A DNA stretch of 64,000 nucleotides. Origin: Lama guanicoe (taxonomy: Eukaryota). Within the stretch, counting starts at the first letter, position 1. The number at the start of each line of letters is the position of its first letter. The notes under the pieces are model-generated. The model was not told the origin of the DNA, did not search any database, and saw nothing but the letters and a program-made list of their open reading frames with translations. The DNA lies in NCBI GenBank assembly GCA_013239625.1, contig MU053588.1:459988-523987 (forward strand), read 5' to 3'. Both the position numbers and the translations under genes were made by a program. Below are positions 53,831 through 64,000 of this stretch, piece after piece.

Positions 53831-55063
53831 GACCATGCCTAGCAGTCTTTATAATAGCAAAACTGTGCTTGTACACTGGGACCCCTTCCTCCAGGCTGAA
53901 CTATCCTTCCCAGAATCCTCAGAGCTCACTGTTCATCATTTTTTAGTTAAGAATCATCAATACTGCCTACATGGCCTCATTTACCAACCCAATTCTCTTG
54001 GTATCCAGGCTTGGGAAAGGTCAATTTGTAAAACCTGAGCACGGATAATTCTCTAGAAAGTGGGAATAACCCACTAGTTAAAACTCACTAGTAACTAAGG
54101 AGATACATTTAAAGAAATTGGATTAGCAGATTTAAAAAACTGATGATACCTCATATTACTAAGGCTGTGGGGAAATGGACACTCCAGGTATGATGCAGAA
54201 AGAACGAAATGATTTGTGGAAAATGTTCATAATAGGACAAATAAAGCCAGAAAGAATCTAAATATCCTTCATCAAGGTTAAATAAATTATCATGCATTCA
54301 AACAACAGAAAAGTAAACACTCACTAAAAATAAAGGTAAAATTCTTATTTGATGTCATGGAAAGATGGTCACTACATATTGCTGGGAGGAAAACATAGGT
54401 TAGAACATAGTATTGTAATGAGATTCTGTTTTTGGCAGGAAAACTACATAGACAAATATATGCATGTGCATAAAAGAGTCTGAATGGGCTTGGAATAAAG
54501 TTTTATTGTGTTACCGCTACTGGATGGTATCCCAGGTGTTCTTTAGTTTGATCTTCTCTGGCGTCTCCTAATTTTTTAATCAAAAACTTATTTGTATCAC
54601 TTACACCTGTACATAAATTAAAAACAGCTCTGCAAGGAATACCACAAAAAGCCCCAACAATTCCATCCCTGCTACCTTTTCCCCCACCCTCCAAATCAAG
54701 AGTCAATAATTTACACTTCTTTTAGCTATTCCTTTTGGTATTTTGACACCATATATTCAAATAACATGCTAATATTGCTACTTCTGAATTTTCAGTTGTA
54801 ATCATTATCTAGTGACTTCCTACTATGGAAGGCATAGTTTTAGCTAACTTTTATCCACCCATCTTCCACCTCACATGTGCATAGTTGCATCTCCCTATCC
54901 TTCCAATGTGGTTTTGTTCTATTTCAGGGTAAATGGATATTCAGTTTCTATTATTATAACTAGGTAAATACCATTACCAACTGAGTTATATAGTATAATC
55001 ACATTATTTTGCCTTCCTTGCCTAGGTCTACTTCTATGAGGTTAAAATAATTGTTTTTTGAGA

Positions 55064-55180
55064 GGGGAGGGTACAGCTCACTCACAGAGCACATGCTTAG
55101 CATGCACAAAGTCCTGGGCTCAATCCCCAGTACCTCCATTAATAAACAAGAAAACAAACCTAATTCCCCACCCCCAATTT
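55064..55180 (+). mobile_element. tRNA-derived SINE (vic-1-like)
   Basis: 'ggggagggtacagctca...gcttagcatgcacaaagtcctgggctcaatccccagtacctcc'. Confidence 0.8.
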
Positions 55181-56589
55181 TTTTTTAATTTTTTTTTTTT
55201 TTTTAGATTTTTAACCGATTAAAGTTAAATAGATCAACAGATGGGGGAGAAAAATATCTTAATATTTCAATTCTGAGATTTTAAAACTAATTTTAAATTA
55301 TAATTAAATCTGTCAATTTAATTGCCATTTCTATCTAAAGAATTATAAATACTTGGAAGATTTGTAAAACCAAAAGGGGATCACTGGGACTTCACCTTTC
55401 TCCATACATCCATGAGAGTATTACAAAATCAAGAGTACTGAATTCCTCTCTTAAATTAAGAACTAGAGGTCTTGGTTTCTTTCAAATTTTCAGTTATTCC
55501 TATCCTATTCTGAAATAAAGCCATATATAAAACCACAAATGCTATAAAAATATTTTGAGAAAATATGCTCTAAATATTAATAGTGATTATTTCTGGATGT
55601 TGGGACTATAAATAATTCTAATTTTCTTCTCTTTTGGGTTCCTCAGTTACTAAATATGTCACAAGCCTGCATTAACTCCATCATCAGAAATATGTTTTTA
55701 CAAAAGCTATTCCCATGAAAAAGAATTTTTTAATGAGTTAGGGAGATAGGGTACCTTACAGTTATTAAGAAAATAGGCCTGCACAAGTGGTAACAACGGG
55801 GAAGTTAATGTGACTGAAAAAATAATTCTTACCAATTCTTGAATATTGTATTTCATTAATACCCAGAGATCACAATGCTGGTTCATGATATTTCCAAAGT
55901 GATTAAGAGACAGTATGCACAGCAGAAAGAAAAAAAATGCTTATTTCACAGCAGCTCCTCAATAACTTGCGTTAACCCCTCCTGCACTCCAATGAATAAC
56001 CAGTTATTAAATCCTTGCAAAATATCTTACTAATTCTTACCTTAGTGTTCAGGATACATACGTAACAATTTCTTAAATTTTTTTATCGAGAACAAAAAAT
56101 ACTTCTCAACATTACATTATATACTTTTTTCTTATGACTCTTCATAAACATAATCTTTATTATTGCATAACATTCCATCACATGGCTAGAGTATGAGTTA
56201 CTCAACCATTTTCAAATTGCTAGATACTAATTTTTTAAGATTACCCCGAAAGTCACTCCCAGTTATTCCAGACTTGGATTTTAGACCAGTGAGAATCAAT
56301 CCTGTTGGGTCTTAAACAACTGATCATATCATGAAATGATAGACTTCCTCCTCCAAACTACCCACTGATAAATATACACAATACTTCTGTATATATCTTG
56401 AGATTTTTCTTGTCCTGAAAAACCCATGGACAGAGTCCAAAGATTTCATGTTAAGAATCCGTATTCTGATCCACTTAAGCATCTGATTCATCTTCCTGCT
56501 TGCAAGCATCCATCATAATTAACTCCATATTTTCATTATTCTTGGGAACACAGTAAGTTAACAGGGAATGACTAAGAATCATCATTAAT

Positions 56590-56820
56590 AGCTAGAGTTA
56601 ATATTAATTAAGCACTCTTCTAATGTGCCAGGTAATCATCTAAGGGCTTTAACAAATATTAAGGTAATCTTCAAAACAACCCTGTAAAGTATATACTATT
56701 ATAATTCCGATCTTACATATGAAGAAAGTGCAGCACAGAAAGACTGCCCAAACTCACTCAGATTTAAGTGCAGTCAAGATTCAAATCCCCTTAATTTAGG
56801 TTCAAAATTCTTAACCACAA
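56590..56820. mobile_element. MIR SINE
   Basis: 'taatgtgccagg', 'aatcttcaaaacaaccctgtaaagt', 'cttacatatgaagaaagtgcagcacagaaa'. Confidence 0.6.
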
Positions 56821-56942
56821 CATACACCCCTCTCAGTCTATCCAAAGACATACCCTAAACAAACTCATGATCTGTATATTACAAATTTTCAGTTACAAGA
56901 TAAATAAGTTCTGAAGACCTAATATACAGCATGGTTAGTATA

Positions 56943-56989
56943 GATGATGATGATGATGATGATGATAATGATAATAATAATAATAATAA
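56943..56989. repeat. Compound microsatellite (GAT)n(AAT)n inside an L1 3' end (about 56880-57130)
   Basis: gatgatgatgatgatgatgatgataatgataataataataataataa. Confidence 0.9.
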
Positions 56990-57576
56990 ATTATATACTT
57001 TAAATTTCTGGAGAGTATACCTTAAGTATTCTTGTCAAGGGAGGTGATGGATATGTTAATTAGTCGATGTGGTAAGCATTCCATTCCACAATGTATACCT
57101 GTATCAAAATGTTCATTTGTCAAAAATAAACAAAATAAACTCATGCTGCCAAACCTCTAGCCACATTGGACTGGTCCCCTAAATTTCCACCAATGGATTC
57201 CCTTGGGGAAAAAAAAAATCCCCACTCATACTCTGGCATAATTAAAGCTGCCTAAAACCTTTAACAACTCCTTAACAAGTCACAACCGAAAACAAAGCAT
57301 GAACATTAACCTCCAACAAGGCCATTTCCACCGTTAGAATCCTTAGGAAAAACTGATCACAGAGCAACTGAATCTATAGCACATGGTTAACTGTAGAACT
57401 GCATTAAGTGGGCACTAGAAAGTGGAATCTATAAATAAGGGAGGAAAATACTAAGGCCCAAATCAGTAAGTAGATCATTCCTTAGGCCAGACATTCCAAA
57501 GGAAGAAATTTAAAAAAAAATCTCGGGTCCGAAAATCAAAGCATTTCACAGAAACAAAGAAGCAGCACAAACTCAC

Positions 57577-57630
57577 AAAGAACCTGGCTTTTGGAGGCGC
57601 AGCGGCGATTCGTTTCACTTCTTAGACCTT
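57577..57630 (-). other. ZFP30: Probable ZFP30 non-coding 5' UTR exon
   Basis: Minus-strand acceptor 'gtttccttccccagccctgccggtctccacag' (alternative AG would start the exon at 57648) and donor GTGAGT at 57576-57571. Confidence 0.45.
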
Positions 57631-58730
57631 CTGTGGAGACCGGCAGGGCTGGGGAAGGAAACAGGGTTCATTACAACGCAGGCTTTTCGTGACTCCGTCA
57701 AAATCCACCCTCCACGCCCCCTTGACTCGCTACCCACCACCTGCAGCCACAAATGGAAGCGAGAAGGCGGGGATACGGGCCGCGGTCACCCGTGTCCGGG
57801 TCTGCAGCTCTGCGTACGCGGTAGTTCGGACACCACAACCGCCCACCCCCGGGGCGGCCCACCGCGTCTCCGTAGGAGACTTTCGTTCCGAGGCTCCACC
57901 TATGACTTCCCCCTTAGGCCTTTTCTCCAAGGCCGGGCCTCAGCGGCTGAGGCCAGGAAGGTGGTACGCGGGACCTCAGCGTCTCGCATTACAGAATAGG
58001 CCGGGGCGGCGCCCAGTTACGGCCGCACGAGCTTAATCCCCGCGCAACCCGGGCTCAGAACTGCAGGCCCTCACTCCGGACCAAACGCCTGGTGACCGGA
58101 GACAGAAGACTCACCCTCGACCTGGTCCGCAAAACCTGGCCCGACCCGCGCTCGATTCCTTCAAAACTGCAGCGGCCACCACGGAGCTTCCCTCACAGCC
58201 CTCAAGCTCCAGGCTCCAAGGACCCCCGGCGCTAAGTGTGAGCCGCCGAAATTCCGCAGAGTGCCTTCTAGGTCCCAAGTGCGCAGGCGCGCACGGGGCG
58301 GTGAGGGGGGAGGGGCAGGTCCCTCGGCTCCTCAGGAAGGGCTTGGAGACGCGAAGGGGAGCTAGAGCCCCGCGGGACGGGGCGGGCAGGGAAGCAACGC
58401 TCCCTAGCAGGCCGGATCCTCGCCTGTAAAGGTGGCCCCCTGACTAATTGGCGCTATGGAGGATAATCCAGGCTGCTCCTCTGTTGGAATTGTAATCCAA
58501 AATCAGACAAGCTATAGACACCAGCTTTTCTCATTTGGGTTCTTGGCTCCGCAACCGGCGTAAGCTCGGAGCACCGATCCCCTCCCCAAGCCCAGCGCTC
58601 AGGGTCCTGGGAGGTATTGTTTCTGTCCCCAGTGCCCAAGCGCGCAGGTGGAGGGCGTAGAACCTGGGGTTCTCCAGCGAGCTGAAGAAAGGCTCTTGGG
58701 GCCACGCACCCTGAGGGCGGCGGGGTGGGA
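57590..58730 (-). promoter_or_regulatory. ZFP30: CpG island / ZFP30 promoter with probable first exon (donor after 58115)
   Basis: Only strongly CpG-rich region in the window. Minus-strand donor 'gagg|GTGAGT' at 58114-58109, NRF1-like TGCGCAGGCGCG at 58280-58291, GC boxes near 58295 and 58379, degenerate ZNF143/THAP11-type ACTACAATTCC-like motif at 58482-58496. Confidence 0.85.
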
Positions 58731-58731
58731 G

Positions 58732-59263
58732 TGTTGCAAGAAAATGGAGCCCGAGATCGTGCCCTAGGCTTCCGGCAAGTTTCTGGGTGCACCCTGCTGA
58801 GTAAGAATCCTTAGCTTCCTGCAGGGAAGAATTCAAGAGTGAGCCATAGTAGAGTGAAAGTAGATTTATTCAGGGAGATACACGCTCCACAGACAGAGTT
58901 TGGGCCACTTCAAAAGGAAAGAGGGAGAGAGAGAGGGGAAGCCCTGAGAGGGACTGGGTTGTTAGTTTTTATGAGCCGGGTAATTTCATATGCTAATAAG
59001 TGGGAGGGTTATTCCAACTATTTTGTGGAGGGGTGGGGATTTGGGGGGAATTGAGCCACCACCCACTTTTTAATCTTTTATAGCCAGCCGGGGAACTGTC
59101 ATGGTGCCTGCAGGTGTGTTATTTAGTATGCTAATATATTACAATAAGGGTCCACTGGAAGTCAAATCTTCCACCATCTTGGCTGTAACGAGTTTATGTA
59201 CTATCATCAATTTCTGTGTCATTCTTTTAATGGTTGTGCCCTGCCCCCTTCCCTCCTGTCTCA
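58732..59263 (-). mobile_element. MER41-like ERV1 solo LTR (copy 1)
   Basis: TG...CA termini, imperfect 4-bp TSD ggag/agag; MER41-like motifs on the minus strand (CAAGATGG, TTAGCATA, AATAAA...CTCTTGAATTCTT). Confidence 0.8.
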
Positions 59264-59553
59264 AGAGAAGTAAGGGGGTTGGTATAAAGCGATTGGAGCC
59301 AGAATTCCAAGTTGGTCTTAAGTGTCCAGATCTTTAGACTTAATGATGACCCTGACTGTGATATCCTAGTGCCCCGAGGAGGGTCCCTGTGGCGTTTGCT
59401 GATGGACTGGTGTGTGTGGACAGGATTGTGTTTGGATGGTGGTGTTTCTGGAATGTGTGCCACTCCTTTGGGTGCTGGACTGAAAGGATGCCACAGAGAA
59501 GATTGCCTGCTATTATGCTGGACTGTGACACTAGATTTAGGGGTGTCCCGGGA

Positions 59554-60287
59554 TGTTGAAGAGGAAGAAATTTTCTTCTACCCTTCTTAGTTCTTCTGGC
59601 TGATCTACAAAATAAGTCGACATGAGACTGATTAAAAGAAAATCAAACAAAAATTTAATAAACTGGTCACATAGGAGAGACCCAGGAAAACTGAGTAACT
59701 CACCAAAATGGCTGAAGCCTGTCAGCTAAAGACCAAAGAGGATGTTGGGGTTAGTGGTTTGGGACTTCAAAGGGGAGGAAAGCAATCCACATGGAGATGA
59801 AAAGCAAGTGTTTGGTGAACAAATGTTTGCTAGGCTACACAGAAACAATGAGACACAGAATAGTTTCCATTCCAGGCCCCACTAAGAGTTTCCCCATCAC
59901 ATTTAGCCCATATTCTTTGCAGATGTCTCTATTGATAGCTCTATTCCTGGAACAGCCCTTTATCTAAAATCTTTAGGCAGCTAAGTGGGAGGTAAAAAGA
60001 AAGACTTCCTGAGTCTTATGTTTCTTCAAAATAATCAGCCTAACTAGTTTATACTGTAAAGTACAGGGAACTTTATTCAATATCTTGTAGTAACCTACAA
60101 TGAAAAAGAATATAAAAATGAATATATGTATCTATATGTATGACAATTATGCTGTACTCCAGAAATTGACACAACGTTGTAACACTGAAATGACAAAAAT
60201 AATACATACATAAAAAATAATAATCAGCCTAAGTTAATCCTCATGCCAAAAAGACACATTTTGTGGGGCAAATTTTGCTCCCCTACA
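59554..60287. mobile_element. ERV solo LTR (family not identified) containing an L1 3'-end insertion (60044-60218)
   Basis: TG...CA ends ('tgttgaagagg'...'gctcccctaca'); nested L1 tail flanked by TSD AATAATCAGCCTAA. Confidence 0.65.
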
Positions 60288-60474
60288 GTGGCTTCCTTTG
60301 TGAAGTGCCAGAGACTGTGTATATCATGAAGGTGGCTGTGCCCTGAAGGAAACCAGAGTATGTCACCCAAAACATGCATCTTTGAGCTGAGGGCAATTTA
60401 GAAGCATTAAAGGCAAGAAAAGCTCTCTACCCTCTCCCATTTCTGCATAAATGCAGGATATAAATTCTCCTTTA

Positions 60475-60962
60475 TGTGATGCCAACTGCTGCCTGCAGAG
60501 GCCCTGTGACCCCCATTCCTGGGCTCTCAGATGTCTGCCTGCAATCCCTCAAAAACAAAGTACACCCTTTTCTGACTTGTATTTGCCCTAGCAGAATTAA
60601 ATAGTCCTGGGAAGTGGCTAACCTCCCCATAGCTCAGGCTGACTTGTCTCAGCCGTTTCCTCCTTTTGAGTTGTAAATGCCACCACCTTGCCTTATACCA
60701 AAGCACCGTCTCACTTATAGCCAATCAATAATCTGTTCCCCTGTCCCTTTGTGTGCACAGCTCCTTCCTCAATAAAAGACCCTGCATGTTCACCCTCAGT
60801 TCTCACACAGGCACCTCTCCTCTGTGGCCGGCTGTTTCCTGTAGCAGCTATCTATTAAACTTTTCCTTTGTTTCTCAAACTTTCCTTTGTCTCTCAAACT
60901 TTCCTTTGTCTTTGTTAAGTTCTTTTACAGCCCATGACACTGGCCTGTTGTGTGCCCCAACA
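60475..60962 (+). mobile_element. Nested solo LTR
   Basis: TG...CA termini, near-perfect 5-bp TSD cttta/tttta, CCAAT and AATAAA/ATTAAA motifs. Confidence 0.7.
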
Positions 60963-61232
60963 TTTTACTGGAGGACAACTCTAGACTTTTAGCCCATATA
61001 TAGCCCCTAAGGAATCTGCAAATAAACACTCCTTTAGTTTCCTCCAACTTGCCAACCCTGGAGTCCTAAAATTGTTTTTCTTTACCCTATCATTTCTCTA
61101 TAAATTCATGTTCCTTGTCAAAGATGCTATATAAGGTAGAGTTCAAGGCCACCAGTTTGCATTACTCTCTTTAAGGTTTCTCCCATATAACATGCGCACA
61201 CAAGTTAATAAATTGTTTTTCTCCTATTAATC

Positions 61233-61771
61233 TGTTAAAGAGCTGCATTACAGGAGAGGATGGTCACGTCCCAGGTCTTGGGTGAGTCTCTGGCACATGC
61301 TGCCAAGTGAGGGTCCTTGGCTTCCCGCAGGAAAGAATTCAAGAGTGAGCCAAATAAAGTGAAAGCAAGTTTATTTAGAGAAATATACATTCCACAGACG
61401 GAATGTGGTCCACCTCAGAAAGGAGAGCAGCCCTGGGGTGCAACGGGGTTGTTTTTATGGGCTAGGTAATTTCATATGCTAACAAGTGGGAGGGTTATTC
61501 CAACTATTTGGGGGAAGGGGCAGGGATTTCCAGGAATTAGGCCATTGCCCACTTTTGGACCTTTTGTGGACAGCCTTGGAACTGTCGTGGCACCTGTGGC
61601 TGTCATTTAGCATCTATTATATTACAGTGAGTATATGATGAGGCTCAAAGACTACTGGAAGTTGAATCTTCCATTATATTAAGCCTAGTCGGTGGTAACC
61701 AGTATTTGTCCTATTCTCAATGGCTGTCATTCTTTTAGTGGTTATGTCCTGCCCCCTTCCCTCCTGTCTTA
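61233..61771 (-). mobile_element. MER41-like ERV1 solo LTR (copy 2) with intact GAS motif
   Basis: Aligns by eye with copies 1 and 4; minus strand 'aataaacttgctttcacttta...gaattctttcctgcgggaagccaaggaccctc' resembles MER41; TTCCAGGAA at 61528-61536. Confidence 0.8.
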
Positions 61772-62059
61772 GCCCCCCGCTAAGAGACTAAGATGGCTAG
61801 AGGTAAGATTTTTCCTCTCTTACAGCCTTATTGTGTGTTATTTCTGGGATGGTTTTGATAGGCCAGCACTTCTAGTTCTTGCTTTCCAGCGGCACAGTGT
61901 TTGTGGGTCACTGTGCTACTGGGTGTTGAGATTTTGATGATCAACATCTTGGCCATTAAGTGTGCCCTCAGATATGTGGTGCTGTTGTTACCAAGGCTGT
62001 CCCCCAGCATCATACCCCTGCTCCTTCCTCAAATAGAAAGCAACTATTCTTATCTCAGG

Positions 62060-62585
62060 AGGAAAGCTGCAAAAAGAAAAAAAAAAAAGAACAAGTTAGA
62101 AAGAACTAGGCCCAAGATGGTGGAAGATTTGACTTCCAGTAGACATTAAGCATAATTATACACTCATTGTAATACATTAGCATGCTCAATAACACAACCA
62201 CCAGTGCCATGACAGTGGAAATTGTTGTGACAACTACTGGAAAAGCCCATAAAAGAACTGAAAAGGAAAGCATCAGTTCCAGGTACAAACTACAAACATG
62301 TCCTCAGATAACATAAATATTTCCCCCACTCTTTCCAATTCCTTGCCCTTTACCTCCACCCTCCTATGTATTTGGTGTCTCCACCGGATTTCGGTTGAGA
62401 AGTTGATTTGGAAACCGGGTTCCCAATTCTCCATTCTTTAGCCATTGAATAAAGCTTGTGCTTTTCCAGTCTCAGCATTGTTTTCATTATTGGCTGCACT
62501 AATCTGACTGGAAAAAGAACGTCCCTAGTCGAGTCTTGGCCTGGGCTAGGACCCTGGCATGAGTCCAGTTGACAAATTCGGTAAC
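62060..62585 (+). mobile_element. MER41-related solo LTR (copy 3, opposite orientation, divergent)
   Basis: 'ccaagatggtggaagatttgacttccagt...cattagcatgctcaataacacaaccaccagtgccatgacag', AATAAA, terminal 'cggtaaca'. The 5' boundary is uncertain. Confidence 0.7.
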
Positions 62586-62685
62586 ACTGTGGCTATTGGA
62601 TGAGTAATTACAGGCAAAAGCAACATTAGAAAGGAAGAGGCAAGTTATCATTATTACTGAGTCATAGAATTGTCCCGAGTATTTT

Positions 62686-63313
62686 TGATGCAGGAAAATC
62701 AGATGTCGGGTGTGAGGAAGGCCATGTCCCAGGTTTCGGTTGAGCCCCTGGGACGTGCCCTGCCAAGTGTGGGTCCTTGGCTTCGTGCAGGAGAATTCAA
62801 GAGCCAGCCACCGTTGAGTAAAGGTAGATTTATTTAGAGATACATCAAAAGGCAAGAGAAAGGCCACGAGGTGTAGGGGTTGGGTGCTTAGATTAGAGTA
62901 AAAGTAGGTACACACTCCATAGACAGAGTGTGGGCCATCTCCGAGGAAGGAGAGAGAGGGGGTGACCACGAGGCGCCGTGTTGCCAGTTTTTTTGGGCTC
63001 AGTGGTTTCATATGCTAGTAAGTGGAAAGACCAGTCTAACCTGGGGAAGGGGCTGGGATTCCCAGGAAGTCGGCCATTTTCCACTCTTTACCCTTTTGTG
63101 GTTAGCCTTGGGATGGTCATAGCTCCTGTGGGCATGTTATTCACCATGTTAATTTATTACAATCGGTGTATAGTGAAACTCAAGGTCTACTAGAAGTCAA
63201 ATCTCCCACCATCTTGAGCCTCAAGGCCTTCTGGGCGTTGAATCTTTTGCTATTCTGGTGTTAATTGTTGTATTATTCCTTGGATGGCTGTGCCCTGCCC
63301 CTTTCCCGTCTCA
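62686..63313 (-). mobile_element. MER41-like ERV1 solo LTR (copy 4)
   Basis: TG...CA termini, same end 'gccctgcccc...gtctca' as copy 1, imperfect TSD tttt/ttct. Confidence 0.8.
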
Positions 63314-63335
63314 TTCTGATGAAATTTTCACATAT

Positions 63336-63824
63336 TGAAGTATAGGGAAGTCATTCTGGCATATACATGATTTAACTCATTCTTTATGCTAACTAAAACA
63401 GCCTGTTTGGGGCCTATCAAATATACGTTGTACGTCTACTTTGTTAAAGGAAAGGGGCAATGATACGGAAGTAAAGAATGTCCACATTAAAAATAAAGAT
63501 TTTAATCCCTTCCTGGGATGCTGATTCTGGTACTCCTTCTTCTTCAATGATAAGACTCCCCTCCCAGGTGCCAAAGCCATACTGACTCACTATGTACATG
63601 CTGATTTGTTGTTGTTGTTTTGAAACCTTGAAAGAATGTATCCCTGACTTTTTTGATGTTCTGTGTTCTGACAGGATATAAAACTCTGCTGAAAATCATG
63701 CTTCTCCAGAGCAGTTCCTTGGATCTATCTAGGGCTGTCTCCTAGAATATAATTCTACGTTTGGCTCAAACAAAACTATTTCCTATTCCTATTATAGATT
63801 GTTTATTGATTATTTCTGTGGACA
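63336..63824 (+). mobile_element. ERV solo LTR (family uncertain)
   Basis: 'tgaagtatagggaagtcattctggc'...TATAAAA...'tctgtggaca'; LTR-like size and TG...CA ends. Confidence 0.55.
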
Positions 63825-64000
63825 ATGTAATCAGAAAGTTGAAATTAATAGGACTTCATAAAACAAAAGAGAAGGGCATTTTATTTTCTCCCATAAATGC
63901 AATTGCAATATTTTTCTGTGGATGAGGGTTTTTTCCCCCAACCCTAGATGAAATGTTAGATGAATTCAGTGTCTTCAATCACTCTTTATAATAAAAGATA

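Larger units (their letters stand above)
60344..61823 (+). mobile_element. ERV1 solo LTR (MER34/MER39-like) hosting two nested LTRs
   Basis: Starts 'tgaaggaaaccagagtatgtcacccaaaac'; TATA 'gctatataag', AATAAA at about 61206; ends 'ttcctctcttaca'. Confidence 0.6.

Noticed and set aside
57689..58836. Several 60-115 aa ORFs in the CpG island
   Set aside because: GC-rich sequence is stop-poor; the Arg/Pro/Ala-rich products have no recognisable domain.

Overview
Mammalian genomic DNA, most likely a camelid (alpaca, llama or camel), judged from several tRNA-Ala-derived vic-1-type SINEs. The window lies in a KRAB zinc-finger gene cluster and holds two intact, convergent (tail-to-tail) genes. ZNF790 is on the + strand (coding exons 6016-6024, 7261-7384, 7653-7748, 11555-13236; 636 aa, 12 canonical C2H2 fingers; promoter not seen in the window). 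ZFP30 is on the - strand (coding exons 52960-52952, 50156-50030, 49126-49028, 42972-41603; 534 aa, 13 fingers, one degenerate), with a CpG-island promoter at about 57.6-58.7 kb. Between them lie an orphan KRAB-A pseudo-exon, an ATP5MF processed pseudogene, and many L1, SINE, DNA-transposon and LTR elements. The most notable structures are three. (i) A 4.5-kb chimeric provirus with a MaLR (MLT1A-like) LTR at one end and an ERV-L (MLT2-like) LTR at the other, bounded by a single 5-bp target-site duplication. (ii) A ~240-bp inverted duplication inside the last ZNF790 intron. (iii) A ~5-kb pile-up of solo LTRs directly upstream of ZFP30, including four MER41-like LTRs, one with an intact GAS motif. 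Gene and repeat-family names come from recalled sequences, not database searches, and repeat boundaries without a stated TSD are approximate.
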